Source: a virus (taxonomy: Duplodnaviria > Caudoviricetes). Taken from it: DNA of 57,255 bases. This document shows, in pieces, positions 7,981-17,552 of this stretch (position 1 is the stretch's first letter; each line of letters opens with the position of its first letter). Location: positions 1-57,255 of the IMG/VR virus record IMGVR_UViG_3300046007_011961, one strand, 5' to 3'. Under the pieces are notes generated by a model. That model did not search any database, was not told where the DNA came from, and saw nothing but the letters and a program-made list of their open reading frames with translations. The position numbers were made by a program, and so were the translations under genes.

Positions 7981-9615
7981 CTACAAGTAATAACCGAAAA
8001 AGATGTCTCCGCTGATATTGGTCGCAGATCCTGCTGCCTCAATTTCAACAACCATTGCAGTAGATTCACCTGCAGCCAATCTTCCACCAACCCCGAAATT
8101 AGCAGGGTCGTCTGGATAGTATTCATATACGTAGTCAACATCCATGTCCTTAGGATCTACTTTAGAGTCTATATACACCACAGTCTGCCCATTCCATTTC
8201 ACACTAAAGTATCCTTCGACAGCTCCTATCAAATGTCTAACGTATATGTAAGGATATTGATATCCTTGCGCATCTATACCTCTTCGGGTCGGGTTACTAG
8301 CGTCGTTAGTATACACAAAAGTTAAAGTTGCTCTAGACCTGACTTGATTTACCTTATCGAGAGTGAACAATACTCCATGGTTGTCGTAATATGTCTTTCC
8401 TTCCCATGGAAATGAGTACGGATTTATATCCCAGCTGGCAGCATCTCCTATATTTGAACGTACGTAATTATTTGCAAAGTTCGATAAGTCCGCAATATCG
8501 GAAACATTTCCTGCTACCCTGTTTCGAGGTATCCAGAATGTAGCTACTGCCTCAGTAGAAGGTGCTGGTGCTGTAGGTAGTGCGGCCTGCTGGTCACTGG
8601 TTAAACTCTGTATTTGTGTTGAGGTTAAGGCGGCTACCTGTACAAGCCTAAACGCTGCTAGTCCTTGAGTTGTAAACGCACTAAGCTTATCTGTAGTTAG
8701 ATTAAATATGGCGGCTGTGGATATTGCTGCGATATCCTCGGTTTGCATTGTAGCCAGTTGCGCTGTAGTGAGTGCGCTGATTCCTGTCGAGGTTAATCCA
8801 TTTATTGCTCTAGGTGTCATTGCAGCTATCTGCGCACTAGTTAAAGTTGGAAGTACTTCAGTTTGTAGTCCGACTACCTGTGCAGCTGAGAGCGTACTAA
8901 TCTGTCTGGTAGTCAAAGCACCGATTTGGGTTAAGCTCATTATTGCCAACTGTGAAGTTTTTAAACCAGGCATTGCTACAGGAGCCAAAGATATTATCTG
9001 TGAAGCACTTAAAGACGAAATTATGTTTGTCTGTAATGAGCTAATTTGATTAGCCGTTAATGCATTCACTTGATCTGCAGTCAATAATCTGATTTGTGCA
9101 GTACTGAGTGCAGCTAATTGAGTATTTAACAATGCAGAGATTTCGTACTTACTCAGCGCTGTAAGCTGGCCTGATGTTAACGCTGCAAATTCTTGTACAG
9201 GTAGTGCAACAATTTCGCTAATTTCTATAGACGGATTTACGTTGTATAGTGTAGGTTTCGTCAAATTATCCAGGTCTTCTAGATCAATAACCAGCTTTTT
9301 GACTTCATAAAGTATTGATTCAAAAGCAGTTTGCAACATCTCAGGAGTCCTAACCACAACCTCAATTACATTTGTTCTGTAGTATGATGAACCTGCCTCA
9401 GGCTGATCTTCTGGAAAATCTTCTAACTGTACAGGAGTACATACTGCAGCAAAACTATCATCAATTGTACCTTTTGCAAAATTCGTGATTCTCTGATTGA
9501 CAAAGATCTTGTTCGGCATATTCTCCGCATTGACAGCTTCCAATACCAGTTTGTATGAAGAGATGTGCGGCACAGCGACAGTGCTCCGCTTTAATATTTG
9601 AATATTCTTTGACAT
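7981..9615 (-). CDS. repeat-containing protein, possibly virion/adhesion
   Basis: Central LT/LSxxQ(I/L)xxL repeats; ATG 9615 avoids overlap with the divergent gene. Confidence 0.7.
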   Translation of the reverse strand: MSKNIQILKRSTVAVPHISSYKLVLEAVNAENMPNKIFVNQRITNFAKGTIDDSFAAVCTPVQLEDFPEDQPEAGSSYYRTNVIEVVVRTPEMLQTAFESILYEVKKLVIDLEDLDNLTKPTLYNVNPSIEISEIVALPVQEFAALTSGQLTALSKYEISALLNTQLAALSTAQIRLLTADQVNALTANQISSLQTNIISSLSASQIISLAPVAMPGLKTSQLAIMSLTQIGALTTRQISTLSAAQVVGLQTEVLPTLTSAQIAAMTPRAINGLTSTGISALTTAQLATMQTEDIAAISTAAIFNLTTDKLSAFTTQGLAAFRLVQVAALTSTQIQSLTSDQQAALPTAPAPSTEAVATFWIPRNRVAGNVSDIADLSNFANNYVRSNIGDAASWDINPYSFPWEGKTYYDNHGVLFTLDKVNQVRSRATLTFVYTNDASNPTRRGIDAQGYQYPYIYVRHLIGAVEGYFSVKWNGQTVVYIDSKVDPKDMDVDYVYEYYPDDPANFGVGGRLAAGESTAMVVEIEAAGSATNISGDIFFGYYL

Positions 9616-9682
9616 CAGGTAAAAAAGGTTGCTATCTATTCCCTGTAGCTTAAACTCCCCGCTAGTTAAAATCAATAAAATT

Positions 9683-10339
9683 ATGGAAAACAAAACAGAC
9701 AATAGTATGTATCGAGTCGGAGATATCGTCATAGGTAGCTCTGACCCTAGTAAGTCGGTGTATTCAATCACTGGAACAAAAGTAAACCCAGAGGGTGTTT
9801 CTTTATTTGGTAGCGATGAAGCTCTGACAGCCAGAGCTAAAGATTTGGCAAGGTCTGCTGTAATGGCTGGAGGTATACCGCTTCCTGTCAATCAAGGTGA
9901 CAGCAAGAACAATCAAACTAAAAAAGCAAAGAAGAAGCTTACTAAAACCAACAAAACCGCTCCATTCTCTATCGAGAGCTATGTTTCAAACGTATCGCAT
10001 GAGCATGAGATAGGTAATTATGTTAATTATACTCCTCCTTACAGCGCACCATACACTCCAGAGCCTGAGCGCACATATTCAGTGGTACAGTTTGAAAACG
10101 ATTTTGGTAAGATAAAGTCAAAGGTAGAAAATATTGTAGAGCATGAGTTGGCATTTATGCTTGTATACTCGGATGAGGACGCTATGGTATTCGAACCTAA
10201 GGTAGGTGAATTGCTGGCTATTCATACACCAGACAAACAGCGTATCGAAGTATACTATCCAGGAGTTACTTTTGACTCGCCAGATAGCACTAAAAAGTTT
10301 ATGATTCTATTTAAAGTACCTGCAGAAAATCAAGAATAA
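9683..10339 (+). CDS. hypothetical protein
   Basis: ATG 9683 (MENKTD); first gene of the plus-strand block. Confidence 0.7.
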   Translation: MENKTDNSMYRVGDIVIGSSDPSKSVYSITGTKVNPEGVSLFGSDEALTARAKDLARSAVMAGGIPLPVNQGDSKNNQTKKAKKKLTKTNKTAPFSIESYVSNVSHEHEIGNYVNYTPPYSAPYTPEPERTYSVVQFENDFGKIKSKVENIVEHELAFMLVYSDEDAMVFEPKVGELLAIHTPDKQRIEVYYPGVTFDSPDSTKKFMILFKVPAENQE

Positions 10340-10343
10340 TTTT

Positions 10344-10508
10344 ATGGAAAAAAATGGAATGTTGACGGAAAAGTCCATAAGCGACTATGACAACACAAAG
10401 AAAGCTGAGTACTATGATGCTGAAGGTTTCGAGGTTGCTGATGAAAAAAACAAACACAAGCTCAGCAAACCTGAACGATTAAACAAAACGCAGGACAATA
10501 AAGAATAA
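10344..10508 (+). CDS. 54-aa protein preceding the portal-like gene
   Basis: Manual translation MEKNGMLTEKSISDYDNTKKAEYYDAEG...; fills the gap exactly. Confidence 0.6.
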   Translation: MEKNGMLTEKSISDYDNTKKAEYYDAEGFEVADEKNKHKLSKPERLNKTQDNKE

Positions 10509-10510
10509 CT

Positions 10511-12280
10511 ATGATGTCTCCAGACGATCCGCAGAATTATTTTAAGATAGGCGACAACGGCAGAGATCGCTACTCTAATCCTTTCTATAACATCCCATTG
10601 CAATATCTTCCGATGAATATCGAGGGTATGTTGCTTTGGGCAGAACATTTCTTGTATAGAAACGGATTCTACAAACAGGCGTTAAACCGTATTGCAAACT
10701 ACTTTATTACATCGCTATCGATTGAGTGTGATGATGAAGAGGCAAAAAAAGAATATCATGAGCTATTAGATAAACTTAAATGGAAACAAATTTGTTCTAA
10801 AGCAGGGCTCAATCTACTAGCTTACGGTAACGAGTTTATTACAGTTAACCAGGGGTTCTATAGATATTTGAACTGTCCTTCTTGTGGTAAGTCTACAAAC
10901 ATCGACAAGCTACAGAACTACGAGTTTAATAAAAATAAATTTAGTATGGTTTGTTTGAAATGCTCCTACAAGGGTGAGCATAAGGTTGTAGATAAGCCTG
11001 CTAATAGTGTAGATAAGATTCATGTAGTTCATTGGCCTGCTAAAGAGATCAAGATCCGTTACGAGGAAACTACAGGAGAGGCAGAATACTTCTGGGACAT
11101 CCCTCAGCAGTACGCTAAAAAAGTAACTACTAAAAACAACAAGTTTTATAGCAAAAAGACTCCTCAGATTGTTTTCGAGTGTGTGTTTAATAAAACCATG
11201 CTTGCGTTCAATTCAAAGAACTTTGTGCATCTCAAGCTCGATACACCAAGCACTATCAGAACAGATGGAAAGGCTATTCCTCCAAGCATGTTCATCTTTG
11301 AAGATTTGTTCATGTTGCAGACGTTGAAAAGATATAATGAAGTTATTTGTTTTGAAGATATCGCCCCGTTCAGAGTCATCAGCATGGGTGACGGCACTAA
11401 TCCTGCAGCGAACCCGTTCTTGAATCAAAACGGCGCTCTATGGTCGCATGCTGTAGATACCATGATCGAGGAACACAGACGAGATCCAGGATCATATCAT
11501 AAGTTTCCCTTCTCTATTAATTATCAACAACTAGGAGGAGAAGGTACAAAACTAGCTCCAACCGAAATGATGGAGTATGCAAAAAATGGTATTCTAAATG
11601 CTTTGGATGTTCCTGTGGAAATGTTTCAAATGACCTTCCAGCAAACAGCTGCAGGACCTATGCTGCGTATGTTTGAAAATGCTTGGAGCGTTATTCCAAG
11701 TAATTACAACATGTTGCTAAATCATATGGGTGAAGTATTGGGCAACATCATGGGTCTGCCCAAAGCTAAAATATCTCTCATTCCGATTACCTTCTCAGAC
11801 GATATGGAAAGAAAGTCTGTCATTGGTCAGCTTGTATCTGCAAATGCGATTGCAAGATCTGAATTGCTCAAGCTTTACAACTTTGACTATGAAGATCAGA
11901 TTCGTAAGAAACTTGAGGAAGATCGTATTGCTCAGGATGTGCAAACCGAAGAACAAGAAAAGCAGCAACTAGCTCAAGCTACTCAAGCCAATCTGATGCA
12001 GATGCTGCAAGGTCAGCAACAGCAGCAACCTGGAGGGGCACCTGCAGGCGGAGGCGGAAATATGACGCCTCAAGATGCACTAGCGCAAGCACAACAGCTA
12101 GCTCAGCAACTGTTCCCTATGGATGGCGCTCAGAGAAGATCACAATTACAGCAGATTAAAGCACAGGATCAAGATCTGTACGCTCAAGTAAAAGCGCAAC
12201 TAGATCAATTAGGTTCCCAAGCTAAGTCTCAAGGCTTACAGGGAGCTAAACAACAAGCAGCACAAGCCCCTCAACAGTAA
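10511..12280 (+). CDS. probable portal protein with Zn-ribbon insertion
   Basis: 589 aa, mostly helical; LLAYGNEF, FVHLK, YQQLGGEG, ILNALDVP resemble phage portals; CPSC/CLKC; Gln-rich tail. Confidence 0.55.
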   Translation: MMSPDDPQNYFKIGDNGRDRYSNPFYNIPLQYLPMNIEGMLLWAEHFLYRNGFYKQALNRIANYFITSLSIECDDEEAKKEYHELLDKLKWKQICSKAGLNLLAYGNEFITVNQGFYRYLNCPSCGKSTNIDKLQNYEFNKNKFSMVCLKCSYKGEHKVVDKPANSVDKIHVVHWPAKEIKIRYEETTGEAEYFWDIPQQYAKKVTTKNNKFYSKKTPQIVFECVFNKTMLAFNSKNFVHLKLDTPSTIRTDGKAIPPSMFIFEDLFMLQTLKRYNEVICFEDIAPFRVISMGDGTNPAANPFLNQNGALWSHAVDTMIEEHRRDPGSYHKFPFSINYQQLGGEGTKLAPTEMMEYAKNGILNALDVPVEMFQMTFQQTAAGPMLRMFENAWSVIPSNYNMLLNHMGEVLGNIMGLPKAKISLIPITFSDDMERKSVIGQLVSANAIARSELLKLYNFDYEDQIRKKLEEDRIAQDVQTEEQEKQQLAQATQANLMQMLQGQQQQQPGGAPAGGGGNMTPQDALAQAQQLAQQLFPMDGAQRRSQLQQIKAQDQDLYAQVKAQLDQLGSQAKSQGLQGAKQQAAQAPQQ

Positions 12281-12287
12281 TATTATT

Positions 12288-12635
12288 ATGGCAAAAATTT
12301 ATAGATGCATGGTAAGTGACAAGCCTATACCTGAAGAAAGGGTCAAGGCTTTGAAGATGTTAGGTATACCGGAAGATAGATGGACTTGTGTAGAGCATGC
12401 GGTACAAACACCTAAGAAAGGAATATACTTAGGTGAAGCAGGCACAAGTCAGCTACTCATTGTGGATAAAGTTTACGATGACTCTGTGCGTTCAGTGTTC
12501 CGTGGAGCAAGAAAAGAAACTTCTGAAAATAAAGAAGACGAGGAATTAGAATCTCCTGCCTACAATGAAAAGGAGTTGAACTATTACATATCTAATGACG
12601 AACCCTCAGAACCCGAAGAAAACACAGCCAGTTAG
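12288..12635 (+). CDS. TraR/DksA-like Zn-finger protein
   Basis: C..S.KPIPEERVKAL..TCVEH resembles the C..C.EIP..RL.A..CV.C finger; acidic tail. Confidence 0.5.
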   Translation: MAKIYRCMVSDKPIPEERVKALKMLGIPEDRWTCVEHAVQTPKKGIYLGEAGTSQLLIVDKVYDDSVRSVFRGARKETSENKEDEELESPAYNEKELNYYISNDEPSEPEENTAS

Positions 12636-12662
12636 TCTAGTTTATAAAATTCCCTAAATATT

Positions 12663-13028
12663 ATGGAAAATATAGAACAAACCAATGATGTTGATTTAAA
12701 TGATACGAGTAATGAAACTCGCGTTGTTTTACCTGATGTTGATTTAAATGATACGAGTAATGAAACTCGCGTTGTTTTACCTGATGTTATACCTTTTGAT
12801 ATGGCAGGAAATGTTACTGTTACAGAACACTATCATGAGGTTATTACCCCTAATAAAATAATTGATGACCCACAACAAACCATCAATTTTTCAAATATTA
12901 AACCTCTCATGAATGCGACGTATGTAAAAAATATTGAAGAAAATTTATTAGAACTCTCACAAACGCAACAACCGCGAGTTTTTTTATCTGATGACCTAGA
13001 AACAGCTGATGAAAACATATTTCTATAA
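12663..13028 (+). CDS. acidic hypothetical protein
   Basis: 121-aa ORF with internal duplication. Confidence 0.55.
   Translation: MENIEQTNDVDLNDTSNETRVVLPDVDLNDTSNETRVVLPDVIPFDMAGNVTVTEHYHEVITPNKIIDDPQQTINFSNIKPLMNATYVKNIEENLLELSQTQQPRVFLSDDLETADENIFL
12686..12788 (+). repeat. exact 48-bp tandem duplication
   Basis: tgatgttgatttaaatgatacgagtaatgaaactcgcgttgttttacc twice plus 7 bp. Confidence 0.95.
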
Positions 13029-13033
13029 ATAAT

Positions 13034-13573
13034 ATGCACGACGCCGACCACCACTTACACGCATCTGATACAGTTGTTAACTTACAAGAGTTACTCGAAA
13101 CAGTAAATAATTTAGAGAGTGACTCAAGAGTTAGAGAAGCTGAGCTTGATAGTTTAAAGATAAGGCTAGAGTCTAATGTTTTAACGGTACAAGAGCAATT
13201 ACGAGGTCTAGAGCGTGCCGTCCAAGATATCAGAGATATGGCTAGAGACGCTAAACATATCAGTGTTGGAGTAGATGGGCAAAACGGTTTACGAGGATCT
13301 ATAGCAAATTTAACTAGAGACGTTAATAGTATGACTCAAGATTTTAATTTCTTAAGGCAGACTGCAAACAGCTATAATGAAACTAAAGACCTCTTGATGC
13401 GTCTTTTTGTCACTTCTGCTGTGGCTGTGGTTGTCCAGTTCGGTGGTGCTGTATGGTTTGTTTCTTCGTTACACAGTAAACAAGAAACTATCAGAGAAGA
13501 TTTGAATAGAGTTATACGACATATTGATAAAACTTACGACGAGCAGGGTAAGGCGCCATTACCTGTAAAATAG
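13034..13573 (+). CDS. coiled-coil membrane protein
   Basis: Heptad region then TM LFVTSAVAVVVQFGGAVWFV. Confidence 0.65.
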   Translation: MHDADHHLHASDTVVNLQELLETVNNLESDSRVREAELDSLKIRLESNVLTVQEQLRGLERAVQDIRDMARDAKHISVGVDGQNGLRGSIANLTRDVNSMTQDFNFLRQTANSYNETKDLLMRLFVTSAVAVVVQFGGAVWFVSSLHSKQETIREDLNRVIRHIDKTYDEQGKAPLPVK

Positions 13574-13574
13574 C

Positions 13575-13865
13575 TTGAAGGTTAGTCAATACAAGAATGA
13601 GCGGGGCGAGGTACTAGGATATATGTTCATGTGTCCTGGTTGCGGTAATTATCATGCTCCAAAAACACTAGATGACGGTAATGGACACACATGGAAGTTT
13701 AACGGTAGCCTAACTACACCCACTTTCTTTCCATCGTTATTGTTTTCAGAACAAGAGCAAATCTGTCATTCTTTCGTTAAAGATGGCCACATACATTTCT
13801 GTAGCGATAGCACACACAGCGCAGCGGGTCAGTCCGTTCCTTTGTTCACACTGGACAATAACTAG
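13575..13865 (+). CDS. DUF6527-like Cys/His protein
   Basis: CPGCG..H..W.FNG..PTF.PS..CHSFV.DG.I.FC.D..H. Confidence 0.65.
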   Translation: MKVSQYKNERGEVLGYMFMCPGCGNYHAPKTLDDGNGHTWKFNGSLTTPTFFPSLLFSEQEQICHSFVKDGHIHFCSDSTHSAAGQSVPLFTLDNN

Positions 13866-13886
13866 ATCAACTGCTAGAATACCCAA

Positions 13887-14111
13887 ATGAAATCGGGTTC
13901 TAGCTTAATGTTCGTTGTTGTAGGGCTATTATTATCTGCTTGCGCTACACGAAGCAGACTGCCCCTGTATTCTCCTGTAGTTGTCCCGCCTCCTGCACAT
14001 AACACAAATTCACTCGGAGGCAACATAGATGATATCGATAACTCACTTAAAAAAGCTTCATCTGAGATAGACAGAATTAAAATACTGATAGATTCCATAC
14101 CAGTTAATTAA
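13887..14111 (+). CDS. lipoprotein, o-spanin-like
   Basis: LLSAC lipobox, Pro-rich segment, lysis context. Confidence 0.5.
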   Translation: MKSGSSLMFVVVGLLLSACATRSRLPLYSPVVVPPPAHNTNSLGGNIDDIDNSLKKASSEIDRIKILIDSIPVN

Positions 14112-14113
14112 GT

Positions 14114-14644
14114 ATGAAAAAATATATTATTTTTATTTCTGTTTTTCTGTGCGCTGCTTCTTTAAAAGCAGACGACAAGAACGCATTCAATAGCGAGTTG
14201 AAGCGTAGATTATCTTTGGAGTTGAGTAATCTACAGACTTCTATGATGGATGCAAAGAATGAGATAGCTCAGCTGCGTAGAGATAAAGCCCATATAGATG
14301 CTGATCTTAAAAACATGGAGAGCTGGGGTAAAGTTCAAGAGCAGGAAAAAAATGATTACTATGAGCAAATCATAGAAGCAAATCAAAAAACTTCAGATGT
14401 ACAGGCACAAGTAGACACTGAGATAGAAAAGAATAAAGCCACACTTTTAAAATATCGTAGAGTCAAATCTATACTAGGTTATATCTTTGGACTTGTTTTG
14501 AGCTATCTCTATATCAGGCTAGGTGCTCAAGCATTGTCGACAATAGCGTCAACGCTAGTAGGTCCATGGGCTTTTGTATTACGTTTTGCTGGACCTGTAC
14601 TGGCTTTCGGGGCAGGCTATTTAACTGTTAATCTAATGTTTTAG
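14114..14644 (+). CDS. membrane coiled-coil protein, spanin-like
   Basis: N-terminal signal/TM, long coiled coil, two C-terminal TMs. Confidence 0.5.
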   Translation: MKKYIIFISVFLCAASLKADDKNAFNSELKRRLSLELSNLQTSMMDAKNEIAQLRRDKAHIDADLKNMESWGKVQEQEKNDYYEQIIEANQKTSDVQAQVDTEIEKNKATLLKYRRVKSILGYIFGLVLSYLYIRLGAQALSTIASTLVGPWAFVLRFAGPVLAFGAGYLTVNLMF

Positions 14645-14646
14645 TT

Positions 14647-15087
14647 ATGTTTAAATCTCTAATCAATGTTGCAAAAAATGCTGCTTCGTTCTTACAAACC
14701 GGAGTAACTCCTCCTGGAGTATGTCCTCTAGAACAGAAAGATGTGGCAGATACCAATCACTTCGCCAGTAAAAAATTCTTTGCAGCCTTTTCAGGATTTA
14801 TTATTTTAGCTGTTTTTTACATCAGCAGCATAGGTATACTGTTTCTCCTAGATCACGAGCCTGCATTACTCGCAATCTATCCCACAATATTCACAAAAAC
14901 AGTAGAGGTGTTTGCAGCTATCATGGCAGTGTACCTAGGAGGGCAGGCAGTGGTAGATCTCAAGTACAACAGCACCAGCAACGCCTCGCTAGACGCCAAG
15001 GTTGAGGTTGTTGATATAACTGAACGTAAAATCACAAACGAAAAAGAAGACGACTATACACTGGAAATTGAAGATGAAACTAAATGA
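14647..15087 (+). CDS. putative holin
   Basis: Two TMs and charged C-terminus, directly upstream of the endolysin. Confidence 0.55.
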   Translation: MFKSLINVAKNAASFLQTGVTPPGVCPLEQKDVADTNHFASKKFFAAFSGFIILAVFYISSIGILFLLDHEPALLAIYPTIFTKTVEVFAAIMAVYLGGQAVVDLKYNSTSNASLDAKVEVVDITERKITNEKEDDYTLEIEDETK

Positions 15088-15676
15088 TAAAGGTATTGAG
15101 TTTATTGTTACTGAGGAAACAGGCGGGAGAGCCTACTATGAAAAGGTATATAAGAGCACTTTTACCTGGCCAGGAGGAGCGTCTGGTCCTACAGCCATGG
15201 TGGGTATTGATGTTGGCTATTATACTGAGGAAGAGGTCAACAAGATCTTTAAGCCTCTTACCGAGCCCTCAGAACTAGCATTGATACAGGGAGGAAGAGG
15301 ATTAAAAGGGTTAAGCGCTAAAGAGTACACAGTCAGACTCAAAGGCATTACTTTCTCTTGGGAAGAAGCTATTCAAACATTTAAAGAATTTATTCTACCT
15401 AAGTTTACAACTCTGACCTGTAAAACTTTTCCAGGAGTCCTAGATCTGCATGAAAATGCGCAAGCAGCTATGGTTTCTGTTGTATTCAACAGAGGAGTAG
15501 CTTTAAAGGGTGCCTCTAGAGTTGAGATGCTAAATCTTCGAGAACTGATCAAAGCAGGTAAAGACTATGCTAAAATGGCTGCACAGTTCAGGAGCATGAA
15601 AAGGATATGGGACAAGACTAGTGGTCTTGTAGCTAGAAGAGAACGTGAGGCTCTTCTTATAGATAGCTGCAGCTAG
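15074..15676 (+). CDS. endolysin, lysozyme-like fold
   Basis: FIVTEE..WPGGASGPT..GIDVG and AAMVSVVFNRG motifs. Confidence 0.75.
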   Translation: MKLNDKGIEFIVTEETGGRAYYEKVYKSTFTWPGGASGPTAMVGIDVGYYTEEEVNKIFKPLTEPSELALIQGGRGLKGLSAKEYTVRLKGITFSWEEAIQTFKEFILPKFTTLTCKTFPGVLDLHENAQAAMVSVVFNRGVALKGASRVEMLNLRELIKAGKDYAKMAAQFRSMKRIWDKTSGLVARREREALLIDSCS

Positions 15677-15957
15677 GCAGTATCTTCATCATCATCATCG
15701 GATTCATTATCGAATCCTTCTATTAGTTCCTCATCTTTTAGCGCCATATTATGCATATGCTTTAGGGCAGCAGATATATGCATATCGCCAAAATTAATAA
15801 GCCCTAGTTTAATTACAGGGTTATCGTAGGCTTCATGAGCATACAATTCTCCTTTTTCGTTACATACAAGCAGCATATACCCTCGGGTATATTCACCTAA
15901 CTGCGTTATAAAGCTGCTCGGTATCATAAACCCATGGTCTTCTTTATCCTCGTGCAT
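15673..15957 (-). CDS. acidic hypothetical protein
   Basis: ORF with TGC-TATAAT just upstream. Confidence 0.6.
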   Translation of the reverse strand: MHEDKEDHGFMIPSSFITQLGEYTRGYMLLVCNEKGELYAHEAYDNPVIKLGLINFGDMHISAALKHMHNMALKDEELIEGFDNESDDDDEDTA

Positions 15958-15983
15958 GATTAAATTATAGCACTCTGGTAGCT

Positions 15984-16023
15984 AAAAAAAAGGAAAAACC
16001 CTATTAAGGTTTTTCCTCTTTTT
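15984..16023. terminator. intrinsic terminator, possibly bidirectional
   Basis: Stem aggaaaaacc/ggtttttcct flanked by A and T runs. Confidence 0.7.
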
Positions 16024-16024
16024 C

Positions 16025-16522
16025 CTAGAAGACCATCTCTTGGTATTCTATTTTTTGCGCATCTGTTAACGGCTTCAACAGTGTGGCGTCATTGACTTGA
16101 TTCTCAGAGAAATATATGCCAGTACCGTACATAACCCGGTAATGATATACCCATTTAGTCTCTATAGGGCTAGATTTGTTGGTTGTGCTAGAGCTCAAAT
16201 TTAATTGTTGATATCTGTGAGCCATGCTACAATCTTTTAATGCTCTATATCCTCTGGCGATAGTTTTTTCAACTACAGGAGGAAGATCATGGAAATATAC
16301 ATACTTGTAATCTTTCTCAACAACCTCTCTGTTACCTAGGTTGAATTTGACTAGGTCTTTGTAAAAACTAGCGTTGTCCGCATATTCATTCAATACAGCT
16401 TTGGCTGTTGTTACAGCTACTACACTTTTAAGAATATTTTTATTGCTTAACGCCGCAAGCAGCACCGTTGCATCTGCCTCTGTATGCTGCTTTTTCTTCT
16501 GCTGGATGTTTGATTTCTCCAA
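16025..16522 (-). CDS. hypothetical protein
   Basis: ORF ending at the terminator; start uncertain. Confidence 0.55.
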   Translation of the reverse strand: MEKSNIQQKKKQHTEADATVLLAALSNKNILKSVVAVTTAKAVLNEYADNASFYKDLVKFNLGNREVVEKDYKYVYFHDLPPVVEKTIARGYRALKDCSMAHRYQQLNLSSSTTNKSSPIETKWVYHYRVMYGTGIYFSENQVNDATLLKPLTDAQKIEYQEMVF

Positions 16523-16793
16523 TACGTGTTATTTGCGCTTTTAAATTTACTATCTCTTCCTGCAATCTCTCTTCCTGCTCCTTACGCATTAAATACTTTT
16601 CCCTATAGATCTCCCTGAAGTCTCTCATGTGTTGAGAGTTATATTCAGTTAGCCCTCCAACAGCCACAAGGATCAGAAGAAAGCTAGATACAATATGATA
16701 GATTGTACTAGCTGCTGGACCTAAGAGTAAACTTACAGCACCGAACACACCAAGCGTACCGGTTATAGTTATAAGTGTTTTTTTAATTTTCAT
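16440..16793 (-). CDS. two-TM protein with coiled coil
   Basis: Two hydrophobic segments. Confidence 0.55.
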   Translation of the reverse strand: MKIKKTLITITGTLGVFGAVSLLLGPAASTIYHIVSSFLLILVAVGGLTEYNSQHMRDFREIYREKYLMRKEQEERLQEEIVNLKAQITRIGEIKHPAEEKAAYRGRCNGAACGVKQ

Positions 16794-16874
16794 AAGGAGT
16801 CGTCTAATTTACTGGCAGTTAATATGAGTATGGTACATACCATAGATCTACCAATAACGTAGATACTCAAATTA

Positions 16875-17084
16875 TTATACCATCATTTGAGCTATTTTTT
16901 CGACGGCTGCTTTCGACAATAATTGATTTATTGTTAACGGAGGAATCATATTATTATGAGACACATCCAAAGCTTCATACATACATTCACAAGCATTAGC
17001 GATTTTTTTTAAATCGTCTGCGTTGTTAAAATGCTTTGCGATCAAAGCTATGAATGTGTCGCTACTGTGGAAGTTAGCATTCAT
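16875..17084 (-). CDS. hypothetical protein
   Basis: ATG 17084 reduces overlap. Confidence 0.5.
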   Translation of the reverse strand: MNANFHSSDTFIALIAKHFNNADDLKKIANACECMYEALDVSHNNMIPPLTINQLLSKAAVEKIAQMMV

Positions 17085-17535
17085 CGCGATAATTACATTT
17101 TGGATAGTTAGCTTCAAGATAATGGGCCACAGGCTCGCACACATAGCCTTCCCCATTTCCTCTGACCAATATACCGCCAGTACCTTTATAAACAGTGTCT
17201 TGATATACGACGATCAGAGACCCTGGAGATGTACTCGGACCTGAGAAAAATACCAATGCATCTGCGTTGGTGTTTTCAAATGTGTTTATTATGTCTGTGT
17301 ATAGTTCAGTCTTTTTAAGCTTGTCGTAGAAAAACATGTTGCTCAAATGTATGGTATTTTTTGAGCATCCGATTTTAAACGATACGCCGATCTGATCTAC
17401 CAGATCTAGTTCAAGAATAGGGTGGTTGATGCCGAGCTCTTTAAAATATTTTTCAGCAACTGCTCTTATTGTAGCTTTTGACGCACCGAAGTGTTTGGCT
17501 ACTGCATCGCAAAAGCTTATATGTGTTTTTGTCAT
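17074..17535 (-). CDS. hypothetical protein
   Basis: 153-aa ORF in operon packing. Confidence 0.6.
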   Translation of the reverse strand: MTKTHISFCDAVAKHFGASKATIRAVAEKYFKELGINHPILELDLVDQIGVSFKIGCSKNTIHLSNMFFYDKLKKTELYTDIINTFENTNADALVFFSGPSTSPGSLIVVYQDTVYKGTGGILVRGNGEGYVCEPVAHYLEANYPKCNYRDEC

Positions 17536-17552
17536 AACTGTTTACATTTTAA

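Noticed and set aside
9616-9682. Defined late promoter motif in the divergent gap
   Set aside because: Only weak TTGCTA/TAAAAT-like matches, with no convincing recurrence elsewhere
9616-9891. N-terminal extensions of ORFs 7981-9891 and 9629-10339
   Set aside because: They overlap each other on opposite strands; ATGs at 9615 and 9683 give a clean divergent pair
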